DNA of 64,000 nucleotides from a bacterium (lineage in GTDB: Bacteria; Fidelibacterota; Fidelibacteria; Fidelibacterales; Fidelibacteraceae), in the NCBI GenBank assembly GCA_963676395.1, contig OY781066.1, positions 32,001-96,000 on the forward strand, written 5' to 3'. The notes under the pieces are model-generated. The model was not told the DNA's origin and did not search any database. It worked only from the letters and a program-made list of their open reading frames with translations. A program made the translations under genes and the position numbers. Each line of letters starts with the position of its first letter. Position 1 is the stretch's first letter. This document shows, in pieces, positions 42,405 through 53,872 of this stretch.

Positions 42405-42935
42405 TTAACATCGATCTTCTGATTTTACTTTTTTTAAGTATTTCTTGGCTTGAGCAAAGAACTCTAACGCTTTAGGAATCTTGTAATCCGGGTACGTCCA
42501 CGGTAAAGGTATAAATTTATCTTTTGAAGCCATTAAAGTCACTTCGGCATAAATACCTTCGGCTAAATAGGTTCTATGGGAAAATGCTTTTGTTGTCAAT
42601 AATGACAATTGATATAAATTTAATGCCCCCGGATCTATATTAACACATCGATCTCCGTCACGGGAATACATCTTCTCTATACTTTGAGATTCTACTTTAA
42701 ATCGATAAAAATTCTCCAAGTGAACCAGAGGTTTGAAAACATAAAAGCATTTGAATAAGGTCTCTCCCATTTCCTCTTGATAGTATGATGATATGGTATC
42801 AAAACGGAAAATATCACCCTTTAAATAAATAGAACCATAATAACGTTCAAATAAAGATTCTATTTCAGGAAACAGATTGATATCATTGGCAGTGAGTGCC
42901 TGGAAAAGGAGACAATTTTTGTCTTGATTCTTCAT
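42405..42935 (-). CDS. DUF4416 family protein
   Basis: YYQEEMG, RCVNIDPG, SHRTYLAEGIYAE, PWTYPDY. Confidence 0.8.
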   Translation of the reverse strand: MKNQDKNCLLFQALTANDINLFPEIESLFERYYGSIYLKGDIFRFDTISSYYQEEMGETLFKCFYVFKPLVHLENFYRFKVESQSIEKMYSRDGDRCVNIDPGALNLYQLSLLTTKAFSHRTYLAEGIYAEVTLMASKDKFIPLPWTYPDYKIPKALEFFAQAKKYLKKVKSEDRC

Positions 42936-42989
42936 ATTGTTAATTAATGATATACAAAAACAAATTTCTTGCTTCCATATAATTTAAAT

Positions 42990-43997
42990 TTATTTCTTTA
43001 TCTTTTGTTCGGGAATAATCACGGCAAGGGTCAATAGAATTAATGCTAGCGAAGCAAAAACCAAATATAGTTCGGTATAACGAGCGAACTCATGCGTTTG
43101 ATATTCCTGCCTGTCACCGTGTAAAATATGCTCATAGATAGCTTCTATAGGGTTTTTAACAGCACCTAAACGATAGTATCTCCCCCCACTACTATTGGAA
43201 ATATGTTGTAAGGTTTGCTCTTGGAGAACAGAAGTAATCACCCGATCCTGAGTATCTCTAAGGAAATCAACCATATCACCATGACTATCAAATACAGGGA
43301 TCCTGGAACCCTTTAGAGTCCCTACACCTAAAGTATAAATAACAACATGTTCATCTTTCGCTCTTTTGAGAACTTTTTCTAGATCTTGTTCGTGATCCTC
43401 GCCATCACTGATCAAAATGATGGCTTTAAACTGTTGATTGTCATCGGGAAAGGCATCAAGGGAGGTGCTAATGGCATCTGCAAAAGCTGTTCCTTGAATA
43501 GGGATCAAGCTTTGATCCATCATCTCTAACATCATAGCAGCAGTGGAATAATCGGAAGTAATAGGGCATTGCAAATGAGATACACCGGCAAAGGCAATCA
43601 ATCCTATCCTATCCCCTTTAAGCATAGATAATAATCGTTTCACTTCATATTTAGATCTTTCTAATCTGGATGGAGCTATATCTCGTGCTGACATAGATGT
43701 CGAAAGATCCATTGCAACAATAACATCCATTCCTTCTTGCTTTAACTCTTTTAGACCCGAGCCAATTCTCAAACCACTCGATGCAAAAATCATGAATACT
43801 AAAGCCAATAAGAATAAATCCTTTTTCAATCCCCTCATTGAACGACTTTTTTCAGGATAAAGACGTTCGATTATATCTTTATTTAGATATTCCTCCAATT
43901 TCTTTCGTTTTCTACGAGATATAAATAATTCCAGTCCCCAAAGTATCGGGATCAATAAGAGGAGCCATAACATTTGAGGATTAGAGAAACCAAGCAT
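42990..43997 (-). CDS. batB: BatB-like VWA domain membrane protein
   Basis: DLSTSM MIDAS, PSRLERSK, SDGEDHE. Confidence 0.8.
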   Translation of the reverse strand: MLGFSNPQMLWLLLLIPILWGLELFISRRKRKKLEEYLNKDIIERLYPEKSRSMRGLKKDLFLLALVFMIFASSGLRIGSGLKELKQEGMDVIVAMDLSTSMSARDIAPSRLERSKYEVKRLLSMLKGDRIGLIAFAGVSHLQCPITSDYSTAAMMLEMMDQSLIPIQGTAFADAISTSLDAFPDDNQQFKAIILISDGEDHEQDLEKVLKRAKDEHVVIYTLGVGTLKGSRIPVFDSHGDMVDFLRDTQDRVITSVLQEQTLQHISNSSGGRYYRLGAVKNPIEAIYEHILHGDRQEYQTHEFARYTELYLVFASLALILLTLAVIIPEQKIKK

Positions 43998-44962
43998 TAG
44001 ACATTCCTCCATGTAATATATCTGAATATAAATGCTAATAGAGCCAATAATAGAGCAAGAGTAACATAGAAATAGTACTTTTCAAGCCAATTCACATAAT
44101 CACGCGCATTTATCTCAGTTTTCTCTAGCCGGGAGATCTCTGCCCATATCTGCTCTAGTTTTTCTTGAGAATCAGCTCTATAAAACTTCCCCCCGGTTTC
44201 ATCGGATATTTTTCTTAGCAATTGATCATTCAAAGGCGGAATTCTCTGTGCAAAAAAGCCTCCGGTTGTCATTCCACCATTTCCGGCCATTCCAATCGTA
44301 TAGATCTTAATACCAAAATCTTTCGCAAATCCGGCAGCCGTCATAGGATCAATATCACCTGCATTATTTTCGCCATCGGTTAACAAAATAACTAATTTAC
44401 TCTTTGCATCTGAGTCTCTTAGCCTATTAATACAGTTAGAGATCGCTAAGCCAATCGCTGTTCCGTCAAGAGATTGTGGGACGATAGTCATCTTCCCTAT
44501 CAATTCATTAACCACATCATAATCGATGGTCAAGGGGCACTGCAAGAACGACTCACCGGCAAAAACCACTAATCCTATACGATCATTTTCTCTTCCATTT
44601 ACAAAATCTCTTGCAACACGTTTAGATGCTTCTAATCTGTTGGGTGAAAAATCATTCAACTGCATTGATCCTGAAATATCCAAAGCCAACATAATATCAA
44701 CACCCTTGATCTTTACATCACGATTGTTTTGGGCTAATTGCGGTCTTGCAAGCGCAGTAATAATCAAGAGTACTGACAACAGAGTCAGTATTTTCGGTAT
44801 AATAATTTTATAATAATACCTTCTATTGTGTTTTTGTAAAGGAGCGGAATCTCCAATACGAAGCATACGTTGTTTTTTTTGGGTAAAAAATATTGAACTA
44901 ATCCCATAAGCTATTGCCGGGATATATAATATGAATATGATAGGATATAAAAAACGATACAT
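43997..44962 (-). CDS. batA: BatA-like VWA domain membrane protein
   Basis: ALARPQ, DISGSM, LLTDGENNAG, LEKTEI. Confidence 0.85.
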   Translation of the reverse strand: MYRFLYPIIFILYIPAIAYGISSIFFTQKKQRMLRIGDSAPLQKHNRRYYYKIIIPKILTLLSVLLIITALARPQLAQNNRDVKIKGVDIMLALDISGSMQLNDFSPNRLEASKRVARDFVNGRENDRIGLVVFAGESFLQCPLTIDYDVVNELIGKMTIVPQSLDGTAIGLAISNCINRLRDSDAKSKLVILLTDGENNAGDIDPMTAAGFAKDFGIKIYTIGMAGNGGMTTGGFFAQRIPPLNDQLLRKISDETGGKFYRADSQEKLEQIWAEISRLEKTEINARDYVNWLEKYYFYVTLALLLALLAFIFRYITWRNV

Positions 44963-45038
44963 AATTTTACTTCAATTTATCAATTTATTTTCAACAAGAC
45001 ATTTGGCTTTCGACTTTCAAAAGCAATTTACAGGTCCT

Positions 45039-45734
45039 TTAACTCTTAGCCTTCAACTTCTTTTCAATGACATCACTCATAAACCATAGCAAAATTTCAG
45101 CTATTTCTTTATGAAGATCATCTTGACTACGCTTTCCTTTATTCAATAGTTCCAATGAATGGTCTGCTCCGGGTACAAGCATTAGATGTGCATATGGGTT
45201 TAAAGCCCCCATTAGCAGTTCAAGTTGACCCCTATCGGCATATTTATCTTCACTTCCTGAAACAAACATCATAGGTCGCTTTATCTCAAACAGCGCTTTT
45301 CTTGAAATCGGAATTTTCATAAATGGGAAATGCATTGGATAGGTTAAAAATACGAAACCTGCAGCATCTTTATTATTGTATTTTGAAGACATCAAAGCGC
45401 CAAAGGATTTACCACCAACAAATAGGAATTTTGTATCAGGAAGTTCATGATGAACATCATCCATAATGGCTTCATAACATACTTTATAATTACTTTTATT
45501 TACTTTGTTTTTAGGATTATCTACAAAAGGAAAATTATATCGAACAAAGTTTACATTCTCTGAGGGTAATATACCAGCTAGATAATCATATAGGGGTATA
45601 TTCATATTATTATACCTGCCATGCCCCAAAATCAGAGTTACATCCGATACTTTTTCCGGTAAATTGTATTCAATAAGAAATTCAGATTTTTTAAAGGGAT
45701 AAATGATATTCTGATATTGTCGTGCTTTATTCAT
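45039..45734 (-). CDS. Alpha/beta hydrolase family protein
   Basis: GGKSFG nucleophile elbow, GSEDKY, GADHS. Confidence 0.8.
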   Translation of the reverse strand: MNKARQYQNIIYPFKKSEFLIEYNLPEKVSDVTLILGHGRYNNMNIPLYDYLAGILPSENVNFVRYNFPFVDNPKNKVNKSNYKVCYEAIMDDVHHELPDTKFLFVGGKSFGALMSSKYNNKDAAGFVFLTYPMHFPFMKIPISRKALFEIKRPMMFVSGSEDKYADRGQLELLMGALNPYAHLMLVPGADHSLELLNKGKRSQDDLHKEIAEILLWFMSDVIEKKLKAKS

Positions 45735-48066
45735 CGTCAAAAGTACCATCTTCCATTGATTTCAAGTGTTCGTAATAATCCATATCGGCATAAACTTCAC
45801 GGGCTTTTGAGCCTCGTGATGGGCCTACAATACCAGCCTCTTCTAATTCATCTATCAATCTTCCAGCACGGCTATAACCCACTCGTAGACGTCGTTGCAA
45901 TAGCGAGGCAGATCCCTGTTGGTGTAAGATCACCAATTTCATGGCTTCGTCAAACAAAGGATCTTTTCCATTATTTCTGCCTTTTTTATTGTCTTCAAAT
46001 TCTTCTTCGGGTTCAGGTTCTATAGATGTGGGAAGGACAAGATCATCTTTTCGTTTTGGTTGTGACTCAATATGGCTCAACACCCTATTAATCTCTTTCA
46101 GAGAGATAAAAGCGTTATGTGCGCGAACTGGCGTAGGTTTCCCAGGAGGAAGAAATAGCATATCACCTTTACCAAGAAGAGTTTCACCGCCACCCGTATC
46201 AAGAATGGTTCTACTATCAGTTTTTGTAGGCACTGCAAAAGAAATTCTTGCAGGAATATTTGATCTAATCAAACCGGTAATAACATCAACCGATGGTCTT
46301 TGTGTTGCAACAACAAGATGAATTCCAACTGCGCGGGCCATTTGAGCCAAGCGTTGGATTGGTAGTTCTATTTCTGCTTTGGTAGTTCTATCGGACATTA
46401 ATTCTGCCAATTCATCAATGATTACAACAATGTATGGCATAATTGTTTGGCCTTGATCTTTCATTACCTCATTGTATTCCGCAATATTTCTAACTCCGGT
46501 ATTTTCCAAAGTAGTATATCTAGTTTCCATTTCAAGAATAGCCGACCGTAGCATAAAAATAGCATTCTGCTGATTTGTTACGACATATTCATCAATATCT
46601 TCTGATGTAATCAAATGATATGGTTCAAGCTTTCTATAAATAGAGAGCTCTATTTTTTTCGGATCCACTAAAATGAATTTAACTTGCTCAGGTGTTGCCT
46701 GATAAAGAATTGACATAATAATAGTATTAATACAAACTGATTTACCTGAACCGGTTGTACCACCAATCAAAAGGTGAGGCATTTTATCAAGATCAAAACT
46801 AAAAGGAGTGCCTTCGGCAGTTTTACCCAAAGCAAGCGATAGAACACTTTTACTGTGTTTAAATGAATCGGATTCTACAATTGATTTAAAGTAGATTAAC
46901 TCGGGGTTATCATTGGGTATTTCAACACCAACTACGGTTTTCCCCGGAATGGGTGCAAGAATCCTGATATGCTTTGCAGCCATTACGCGAGCAATATCTT
47001 TTTCAAGATTGGTAATGCGACTAACGCGAACACCTTCACCCAAAGCAATCTCATACATCGTAATAACCGGACCCGGTAAAATGCGTACCACCTTACCATC
47101 CACACCATATTGAGGAAGCATCTCAGTAAGTTTTCTTGCCTTTTCCTGAAGTTCTTCTTCGTTATAAGTATTACCTTCCGGTTCTTCTGTCAATAAATTA
47201 TTAGTCGGTAACACATAAGGTAATTTACTATTCTCCGATTGAATCTCGGCTAGAGACTCACTGGATTCAATTGGCGCTGTATCAATACTTGGCTGTTCTA
47301 TAGTCGATTCGTCATTCTCTTCACTAAGTATAGGCTCGGGTTTAATTTGTGGTTTTTCCTGTCCCTCTGGTTGCTTAAGCCTATCTAGAATATCATCTAT
47401 TTCTTTGCCGTTTTTTGTTTTCTTCTCAGGACTCTTCTGCTTCTCTTTCTTTTTCACCCTTTTACTTCGCTTACCCCTCTTTTCCTTTGCTGGTTTTAAC
47501 ACAGGCAACGCATCTTCTTTGTTCTTTTCAATGCGTTTACCTTCTTTCAAACTCTGTACGGGAGCACTTATACTGAAACGGAAATAACCGCTAAGTGTCA
47601 TAAATAACCCTGAAAGTAAAACGATGATCGATGGAGCGACACCTATCCAGTCGGATAATGCATAGGCTATCATGCCCGAAAAAAGCGGAAATGATCTACC
47701 TGAGTCAGGAGTCAATTCTATAGAAAAAAGTACAGAAAGAATAAATAAAAATATCAAATAAAACCAGGTTGTACGCTTGAGTACTTTTTTATTAAGATCA
47801 AAGAGAAGAAAAGCACCCCACACAGCAATTAAGGGGATCAATCCCCAAGCTATATAACCTATTCCCCATTTAATAAATATTGTGGATAATACCACACCGG
47901 CAAACCCCATTGAATTGTCAATGAGTGTGTAATGAGTTAAGATCATTTCATCTCGTTCGGAATATGAAGCTAAACTCATAGCAAAAAGAACCGCCAAAAT
48001 AATGGTAGCTATTCCAATGATCGCCATTTGTCTTTTGTTTGAGAAGTCGTTTTTGTCTGTTTTCAC
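45727..48066 (-). CDS. ftsK: DNA translocase FtsK
   Basis: N-terminal TMs, GTTGSGKS, ATQRPS, C-terminal gamma domain. Confidence 0.96.
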   Translation of the reverse strand: MKTDKNDFSNKRQMAIIGIATIILAVLFAMSLASYSERDEMILTHYTLIDNSMGFAGVVLSTIFIKWGIGYIAWGLIPLIAVWGAFLLFDLNKKVLKRTTWFYLIFLFILSVLFSIELTPDSGRSFPLFSGMIAYALSDWIGVAPSIIVLLSGLFMTLSGYFRFSISAPVQSLKEGKRIEKNKEDALPVLKPAKEKRGKRSKRVKKKEKQKSPEKKTKNGKEIDDILDRLKQPEGQEKPQIKPEPILSEENDESTIEQPSIDTAPIESSESLAEIQSENSKLPYVLPTNNLLTEEPEGNTYNEEELQEKARKLTEMLPQYGVDGKVVRILPGPVITMYEIALGEGVRVSRITNLEKDIARVMAAKHIRILAPIPGKTVVGVEIPNDNPELIYFKSIVESDSFKHSKSVLSLALGKTAEGTPFSFDLDKMPHLLIGGTTGSGKSVCINTIIMSILYQATPEQVKFILVDPKKIELSIYRKLEPYHLITSEDIDEYVVTNQQNAIFMLRSAILEMETRYTTLENTGVRNIAEYNEVMKDQGQTIMPYIVVIIDELAELMSDRTTKAEIELPIQRLAQMARAVGIHLVVATQRPSVDVITGLIRSNIPARISFAVPTKTDSRTILDTGGGETLLGKGDMLFLPPGKPTPVRAHNAFISLKEINRVLSHIESQPKRKDDLVLPTSIEPEPEEEFEDNKKGRNNGKDPLFDEAMKLVILHQQGSASLLQRRLRVGYSRAGRLIDELEEAGIVGPSRGSKAREVYADMDYYEHLKSMEDGTFDDE

Positions 48067-48202
48067 TGTTTACCTATATTCAAGAATGAAATTTAAGATT
48101 TTTCAAAGCTGTTAGCAAGGGATTACATCATAAGAAACATTATGCTTAATTTCAATATACTTTATTGTAATCCTTAAATTATAAATAATATTATATAAAA
48201 AC

Positions 48203-48233
48203 AAAAACCGTCTCGAAATATCGTGACGGTTTT
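48203..48233 (-). terminator. Terminator after tRNA-Ser
   Basis: AAAACCGTC...GACGGTTTT inverted repeat. Confidence 0.6.
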
Positions 48234-48236
48234 AAA

Positions 48237-48321
48237 TGGCGGAGGATGAGGGACTCGAACCCCCAAGCCCAAAGGGCGGCGGTTTTCAAGACCGCTGACT
48301 TACCAATTAGCCTAATCCTCC
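48237..48321 (-). tRNA. tRNA-Ser(TGA)
   Basis: GGAGGAT acceptor, GCGGT-CTTGAAA-ACCGC anticodon arm, long variable arm, encoded CCA. Confidence 0.92.
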
Positions 48322-48334
48322 CAAATAGCCTGCT

Positions 48335-48363
48335 ATTTTAATCGCTTTATATATAATATGCAA
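48335..48363 (-). promoter_or_regulatory. sigma70-type promoter of tRNA-Ser
   Basis: TTGCAT-N17-TAAAAT on the minus strand. Confidence 0.6.
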
Positions 48364-48625
48364 GAGTTTATTTAGTGCTTTTCATGTTTTTTACCTTATA
48401 AAAGCAGAAGAAAATAAGAGCTTCAGAAAATTAGATTGATATTTCGAGATTTGGTTTATACCTCGGTATTCACATTCATTATAATTGATATAATAAAAAT
48501 CATACAAACAAAAAAGTCTCAAAATAAATTCTGAGACTTAAATCACTTCTTCACAAACTTTTTATCACACAATGCAAGCCACAGAACAAGCGAAAAGGCT
48601 ATGCTTCTTAAATTCTTAGCTTCTT

Positions 48626-49702
48626 TTAATTTAAATAAGATAAAATGGCTTTCGTGATCAATTCTGCAGAATCACCACTACCGTAAGGGCACTCAACCTC
48701 ATGCACAGGATCAAAACTTTGTATCGCCTCAACGATCTTATCCGTATCTGCTCCTACAATGATATTATACCCCAAATCGACAGTTTCTATCCATTCTGAT
48801 TCATTACGAATTGTAATACAGGGTACTTGTAAAAAGAAGGCCTCTTTTTGCATACCTCCGGAATCAGTGATAATTTTATTTGCATTCTTTTCAAGAGCTA
48901 TCATATCTAAATATCCAATTGGATCAATCACACGGAGCATCGGAATATTACTTACTATTGATTCCATTTCATGCGATTCTAAGCGAGCTCTCATTCTTGG
49001 ATGTACGGGATAAATTATAGGGATATCTACATTTTTGAGTGCCTTGAAAATATTCCGGATCCTATTGATATTGTCTGTATTCTCCGGACGATGCATTGTA
49101 AAAAGAATATATCCACCGGTATTTAGACCCAATTCACAAACAATTTTTGATCTTTCTTTTGATACAGGTAAAAAATGTTGCATTGCATCATACATAATAT
49201 CTCCACAGAGATATACTTCATTCTTAATCCCTTCTTTAGCAAGAAGACTGACAGCATTGGCAGTTGGGCAGAATAACTGAGCAGATATGACATCGGTTGT
49301 TATCCGATTGATCTCTTCCGGCATTTTGCGATTGAATGAACGAAGTCCCGCTTCAATATGTCCGACCGGAATATGCAATTTTGCGGCGGCCAATGCACCG
49401 GCTATAGTAGAATTGGTATCACCAAAAACGACCACATAATCAGGTTTTTCTTTTAGTAATATTTCCTCTATTCCCTTAAGCATTTGGGCGGTTTGCTTTC
49501 CATGAGTACCAGACCTGACATTTAGATTATAATCGGGTTTCGGGATTCCCATTTCATCAAAAAAAATCCTAGACATATTATCATCATAATGCTGCCCTGT
49601 ATGTATAATCACTTCTTGAAAGTGATTTCTCACTGCCTGAGAGAATGGTGCTGCTTTAATAAATTGAGGACGAGCACCTAAGATGGTTAGGATTTTTTTC
49701 AT
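48626..49702 (-). CDS. wecB: UDP-N-acetylglucosamine 2-epimerase (non-hydrolysing)
   Basis: GARPQFIK, HTGQHY, HIEAGLRS, TDSGGMQKEA. Confidence 0.93.
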   Translation of the reverse strand: MKKILTILGARPQFIKAAPFSQAVRNHFQEVIIHTGQHYDDNMSRIFFDEMGIPKPDYNLNVRSGTHGKQTAQMLKGIEEILLKEKPDYVVVFGDTNSTIAGALAAAKLHIPVGHIEAGLRSFNRKMPEEINRITTDVISAQLFCPTANAVSLLAKEGIKNEVYLCGDIMYDAMQHFLPVSKERSKIVCELGLNTGGYILFTMHRPENTDNINRIRNIFKALKNVDIPIIYPVHPRMRARLESHEMESIVSNIPMLRVIDPIGYLDMIALEKNANKIITDSGGMQKEAFFLQVPCITIRNESEWIETVDLGYNIIVGADTDKIVEAIQSFDPVHEVECPYGSGDSAELITKAILSYLN

Positions 49703-49800
49703 ATACTTAGCTTTTATTTAATGGTATTTTCTTTCATGTACAATAAGCCTATGATATGGAGGCTTAGAGCTTAAACAATTTGCAAACTTTCTAAGCTTTC

Positions 49801-50967
49801 TTAATCTCTTGCATAAATATCGCGAGTATATACTTTCTCTTTAACGGCTTCAAGCTCTTCTGACATACGATTTGCTACGATAACTTCACATTGAGCTTGA
49901 AATTCATCAAAGTCATGATAAACCTTAGAACTAAAAAAGTCTTCTTCCTCTAAAGTCGGTTCATACACCACAACTTCAATTCCCTTTGCTTTAATGCGTT
50001 TCATCACACCCTGTATTGCGGATTGACGGAAATTATCAGAATCTGTTTTCATCGTCAAACGATAAATACCGACAGTCTTTGGCTTTAATGCCAAAATCAT
50101 TTCTGAAATGTGATCTTTGCGAGTTCTATTAGCATCAACAATAGCTGTCATCATATTCTGAGGGACTTCGGAATAGTTCGCTAAAAGTTGTTTTGTATCC
50201 TTAGGTAAACAATAGCCTCCGTAGCCAAATGAAGGATTGTTATAATGATTTCCAATACGAGGATCTAATCCAACACCTTCAATGATCTGCAGACTGTTTA
50301 AATTTCTGATTTCAGCATACGAGTCCAATTCATTAAAATACGAGACTCTCATAGCCAGGTAAGTATTAGCAAATAATTTAATCGCTTCAGCTTCGGTGGA
50401 ACCGGTAAAAAGCACCGGAATATCTTCTTTGATAGCACCTTCTTGCAATAGATCGGCAAAGGTCTTAGCCTCTTGGGAATTATCACCAATAATAATTCTT
50501 GAAGGATATAGATTATCATACAGAGCCTTACCTTCTCTCAAGAATTCAGGAGAAAAAATAATTTTATCACTATTGAATTTTTCTCTCATATTTTCTGTAA
50601 ACCCAACCGGAACCGTCGATTTTATGATCATAGTAGCTCCAGGATTGATTTCCAACACATCTTTGATCACCTGTTCTACTGTATCGGTATTAAAAAAATT
50701 CAACTGAGGATCATAGTTGGTTGGCGTACAAATAATAACAAATTCTGCATTATTATATGCAGCTTTTTTATCTAAAGTAGCGGTAAGATCCAATTCTTTA
50801 TTTGCGAGATATTCCTCTACATCCGCATCAATGATAGGAGATACTTTAGAGTTGATCATATCCACTTTTTCCGAAATAATATCTAATGTCATCACTTGAT
50901 GCTTTTGTGCTAGAAGAATTGCATTTGATATGCCAACATACCCTGTACCGGCTATTGTAATTTTCAT
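49801..50967 (-). CDS. ugd: UDP-glucose 6-dehydrogenase
   Basis: [23 protein letters not shown]. Confidence 0.93.
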   Translation of the reverse strand: MKITIAGTGYVGISNAILLAQKHQVMTLDIISEKVDMINSKVSPIIDADVEEYLANKELDLTATLDKKAAYNNAEFVIICTPTNYDPQLNFFNTDTVEQVIKDVLEINPGATMIIKSTVPVGFTENMREKFNSDKIIFSPEFLREGKALYDNLYPSRIIIGDNSQEAKTFADLLQEGAIKEDIPVLFTGSTEAEAIKLFANTYLAMRVSYFNELDSYAEIRNLNSLQIIEGVGLDPRIGNHYNNPSFGYGGYCLPKDTKQLLANYSEVPQNMMTAIVDANRTRKDHISEMILALKPKTVGIYRLTMKTDSDNFRQSAIQGVMKRIKAKGIEVVVYEPTLEEEDFFSSKVYHDFDEFQAQCEVIVANRMSEELEAVKEKVYTRDIYARD

Positions 50968-51034
50968 TTTTTACTCATTTTTTTGCTTGAAGCTAATTTA
51001 TAAGCAACTGGATATAAAATCTCATTATAACCAC

Positions 51035-52351
51035 TTACTGAGCTCCGCCACCCATTCTAAAGACTTTGTCTTTGGTGTTTTTAAGACCTTTTGTCACATT
51101 ACGACTATCAACAACAAGATTTGCATTATCAACTACAAACTGATAATCAACATTTTTATGTGCGGTCGTAATCACAACTGCATCCATTTCCTTAAGTAAG
51201 TCCTTATTCAACGGAACAGATTCCACGTAACCATCAAAGTGCTTAAAAACAGGACAGTATGAATCATGATAGCACACTGTTGCACCCTTATCTTCTAAGA
51301 GATTATAAACATCAAATGCTGGGGATTCTCTAAGGTCATCTATATCATTTTTATAGGCCATTCCTAAAATAAGAATATTTGCACCATTTACAGATTTTTT
51401 TTGTGCATTAAGACCATCCATCAATGTATGAACTACATATTCAGGCATTGAGGTGTTAACCTCAGCCGCTAAATCAATAAATTTAGTTTTATAGTTCAAT
51501 GTCTTCATTTTCCAGCTTAAATAGTGAGGATCTATAGGAATACAATGGCCACCTAAACCCGGTCCGGGATAAAATTTCATAAATCCAAAAGGTTTCGTCC
51601 CCGCTGCATCGATCACTTCCCATGCATCCACACCCAAACGATCACACATAATCGCCAATTCATTTACCCAACCGATATTGATCATACGAAATGTGTTTTC
51701 TAAAAGCTTTGCCATTTCTGCCGCTTCCGCTGAAGAAACAGGTACCATTTCATCAAAAATCTGGTTATAAATAGCAATGGAATGTTCAGTACATGCAGGA
51801 GTTACGCCACCCAATACCTTAGGAGTATTTTTAGTTAAATAAACAGGATTGCCGGGATCTACACGTTCGGGTGAAAATGAAAGATAAAAATCTTCTCCAC
51901 ATTTTAAGCCTGATTTTTCCAATCGAGGGAGCATATATTCGCGAGTGGTTCCGGGATACGTGGTAGATTCAAGAATAACTACCAGATCTTTATGCATATA
52001 TTTTTCAATTTCATCCAAAGCAGATGTAATAAATGACATGTCCGGATCTTTTAATTTATTTAAAGGAGTGGGAACACAAATAGATACAACATCCATATCC
52101 TTGATCACAGAAAAATCAGTTGTCGCTACTATTAGCCCTTTATCAACAGCTGCCTTTAATTCTTCATCTTTAACATCACCAATATAATTAATTCCATTAT
52201 TTACTTTTTCGGCCTTATCTTTATCGATTTCGATGCCTGTTACCTTTATGCCAACATTTGCTACTTCCACAGCAAGTGGTAACCCAACATATCCCAATCC
52301 AATAACACAAAATTGGGTATCTTTTGTTTTAAGTTTTTCTAAAAAAGTCAT
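51035..52351 (-). CDS. Nucleotide-sugar dehydrogenase (UDP-GlcNAc/ManNAc 6-dehydrogenase, WbpA/WecC-like)
   Basis: GLGYVGLP, ESTTYPGTT, GGHCIPIDP. Confidence 0.9.
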   Translation of the reverse strand: MTFLEKLKTKDTQFCVIGLGYVGLPLAVEVANVGIKVTGIEIDKDKAEKVNNGINYIGDVKDEELKAAVDKGLIVATTDFSVIKDMDVVSICVPTPLNKLKDPDMSFITSALDEIEKYMHKDLVVILESTTYPGTTREYMLPRLEKSGLKCGEDFYLSFSPERVDPGNPVYLTKNTPKVLGGVTPACTEHSIAIYNQIFDEMVPVSSAEAAEMAKLLENTFRMINIGWVNELAIMCDRLGVDAWEVIDAAGTKPFGFMKFYPGPGLGGHCIPIDPHYLSWKMKTLNYKTKFIDLAAEVNTSMPEYVVHTLMDGLNAQKKSVNGANILILGMAYKNDIDDLRESPAFDVYNLLEDKGATVCYHDSYCPVFKHFDGYVESVPLNKDLLKEMDAVVITTAHKNVDYQFVVDNANLVVDSRNVTKGLKNTKDKVFRMGGGAQ

Positions 52352-52642
52352 TCTTTCTCCATTAAACATTAAGTCTTTATTTGTTTATTGTATTTAAAAT
52401 TCAAGGTTTGAATTTAAGATGATAGATTTAATCAAGCAATAAATAAATGAAGAGCTTTGGGTACAAAGGAGTTTTAAAGATATGATTTAGAGTGATATTT
52501 CAAGATCAAGGTTAAATAATTTAAATTGAGTCAACTGTTATTTCTTTTCGATGAAAAGTTTTAAAATTTAAGTCGACTAAATTGATCTTTTTATAACATC
52601 TTGTGCGCCAAGCGCCTTAGTACGGGTTTTGACTTTTAGTTC

Positions 52643-53872
52643 TTAAAAATATGTTTGCACAATAAAATTAAACATCCACGCTTCATCACTCTGATATTTT
52701 ACTTGTGACCAAAGCGCTAAATTATCAAAAACATAAAATCCTGTTCTTAGGTCCAAACGATATGTTGTTTCTTTCGCTAATGTGTTCTGTACAGTTTTAA
52801 GATATAAGTAATCATCGAATCTGTCAAATATAGCTTTCTTTAAGGAATAGACTTCGGCATATGCCTCAAACCACTTAAATCTGTAATGCGCCTTCATACC
52901 ATATCGATATATTTCCCCAAATTCATGTGGTAACAATTCAATACCGTGAATTAACATATCAGTAAATGGCCCATAATGCCATCCAAATGCCAAATCTGAA
53001 GTATTAGCAAATAAATTTAGCTCCAATCCATTGTTAAAATATAAGTACAATTCATTTAGAATAAGATAATTATCATTTTTTAACCCTCTGTCATATGCAT
53101 CAATTTGAAATTCGTCCAAGTACAATTGAGATTGAAAATATGCATTAGGAGTAAAATTATATTTAAATTTAAAGGTAATAATAAAATTTTCATTATCTCC
53201 ACGATATCCATGAATAAATCTATCATAAGAATCAAGCATATTAAGGAAGTAAGGTAGAAAGGGGTTTGATTGCAGCAGATCAATTCCAGAACCATCACCT
53301 GTATAGATTGAAACCTCCCCTCCCTCAATTTCAATTTTTTTGTACTTCCATTTTAGGGCGTGATAATTGAGAATTCTATTAAATACAATTTTATTTGTAT
53401 CTTTTTCGGTAGGTAGAGATTCGATTGTATTTTCAAATGAAAAATTCAAAGGTAGATCCCATGTCCAATTAATTCCATCACCTGTCAATCTTTTGTCGTT
53501 CCATATAGTATTTTGTCTCATAGGATCTTGATCATAAAGATGTCGACCGAGATTTACATTCACTTTGTCATAGTTTAATTGAACTTCTCCCCTAAATGCT
53601 CTGCCGGAGATAAATATTGGAAAATTCTCCCGAACCAATACTGAGCCCAGATCATCTTTATTCGAAAATACACCACCATATGCAATTTTAACATTCTTAT
53701 TTACTTTGAATTCTTTTTCGAAATACAAATGGTAAGCATTATTTAATGAATAATTAATGGAAAACTGGAAATTCGTATTAGTTGTATCATCTCTCCAAGA
53801 ATTATTCGTAAAAGTAAGATCCTGAGAAAAAAGAAATGAAATCATGCAATATAATACTATAAGTTTTTTCAT
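52643..53872 (-). CDS. Outer-membrane beta-barrel protein, Wzi-like candidate
   Basis: Signal peptide, alternating aromatic strands, terminal F; 'NPFLPY', 'QLYLDEFQ' recall Wzi-like proteins. Confidence 0.5.
   Translation of the reverse strand: MKKLIVLYCMISFLFSQDLTFTNNSWRDDTTNTNFQFSINYSLNNAYHLYFEKEFKVNKNVKIAYGGVFSNKDDLGSVLVRENFPIFISGRAFRGEVQLNYDKVNVNLGRHLYDQDPMRQNTIWNDKRLTGDGINWTWDLPLNFSFENTIESLPTEKDTNKIVFNRILNYHALKWKYKKIEIEGGEVSIYTGDGSGIDLLQSNPFLPYFLNMLDSYDRFIHGYRGDNENFIITFKFKYNFTPNAYFQSQLYLDEFQIDAYDRGLKNDNYLILNELYLYFNNGLELNLFANTSDLAFGWHYGPFTDMLIHGIELLPHEFGEIYRYGMKAHYRFKWFEAYAEVYSLKKAIFDRFDDYLYLKTVQNTLAKETTYRLDLRTGFYVFDNLALWSQVKYQSDEAWMFNFIVQTYF

Noticed and set aside
48237..48321. Possible selenocysteine or suppressor tRNA
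   Set aside because: Anticodon is TGA (reads UCA, Ser), not TCA; normal 7-bp acceptor stem
52590..52642. Short GC-rich patch in the glycan locus as ops/JUMPstart element
   Set aside because: No GGCGGTAG core and no convincing stem
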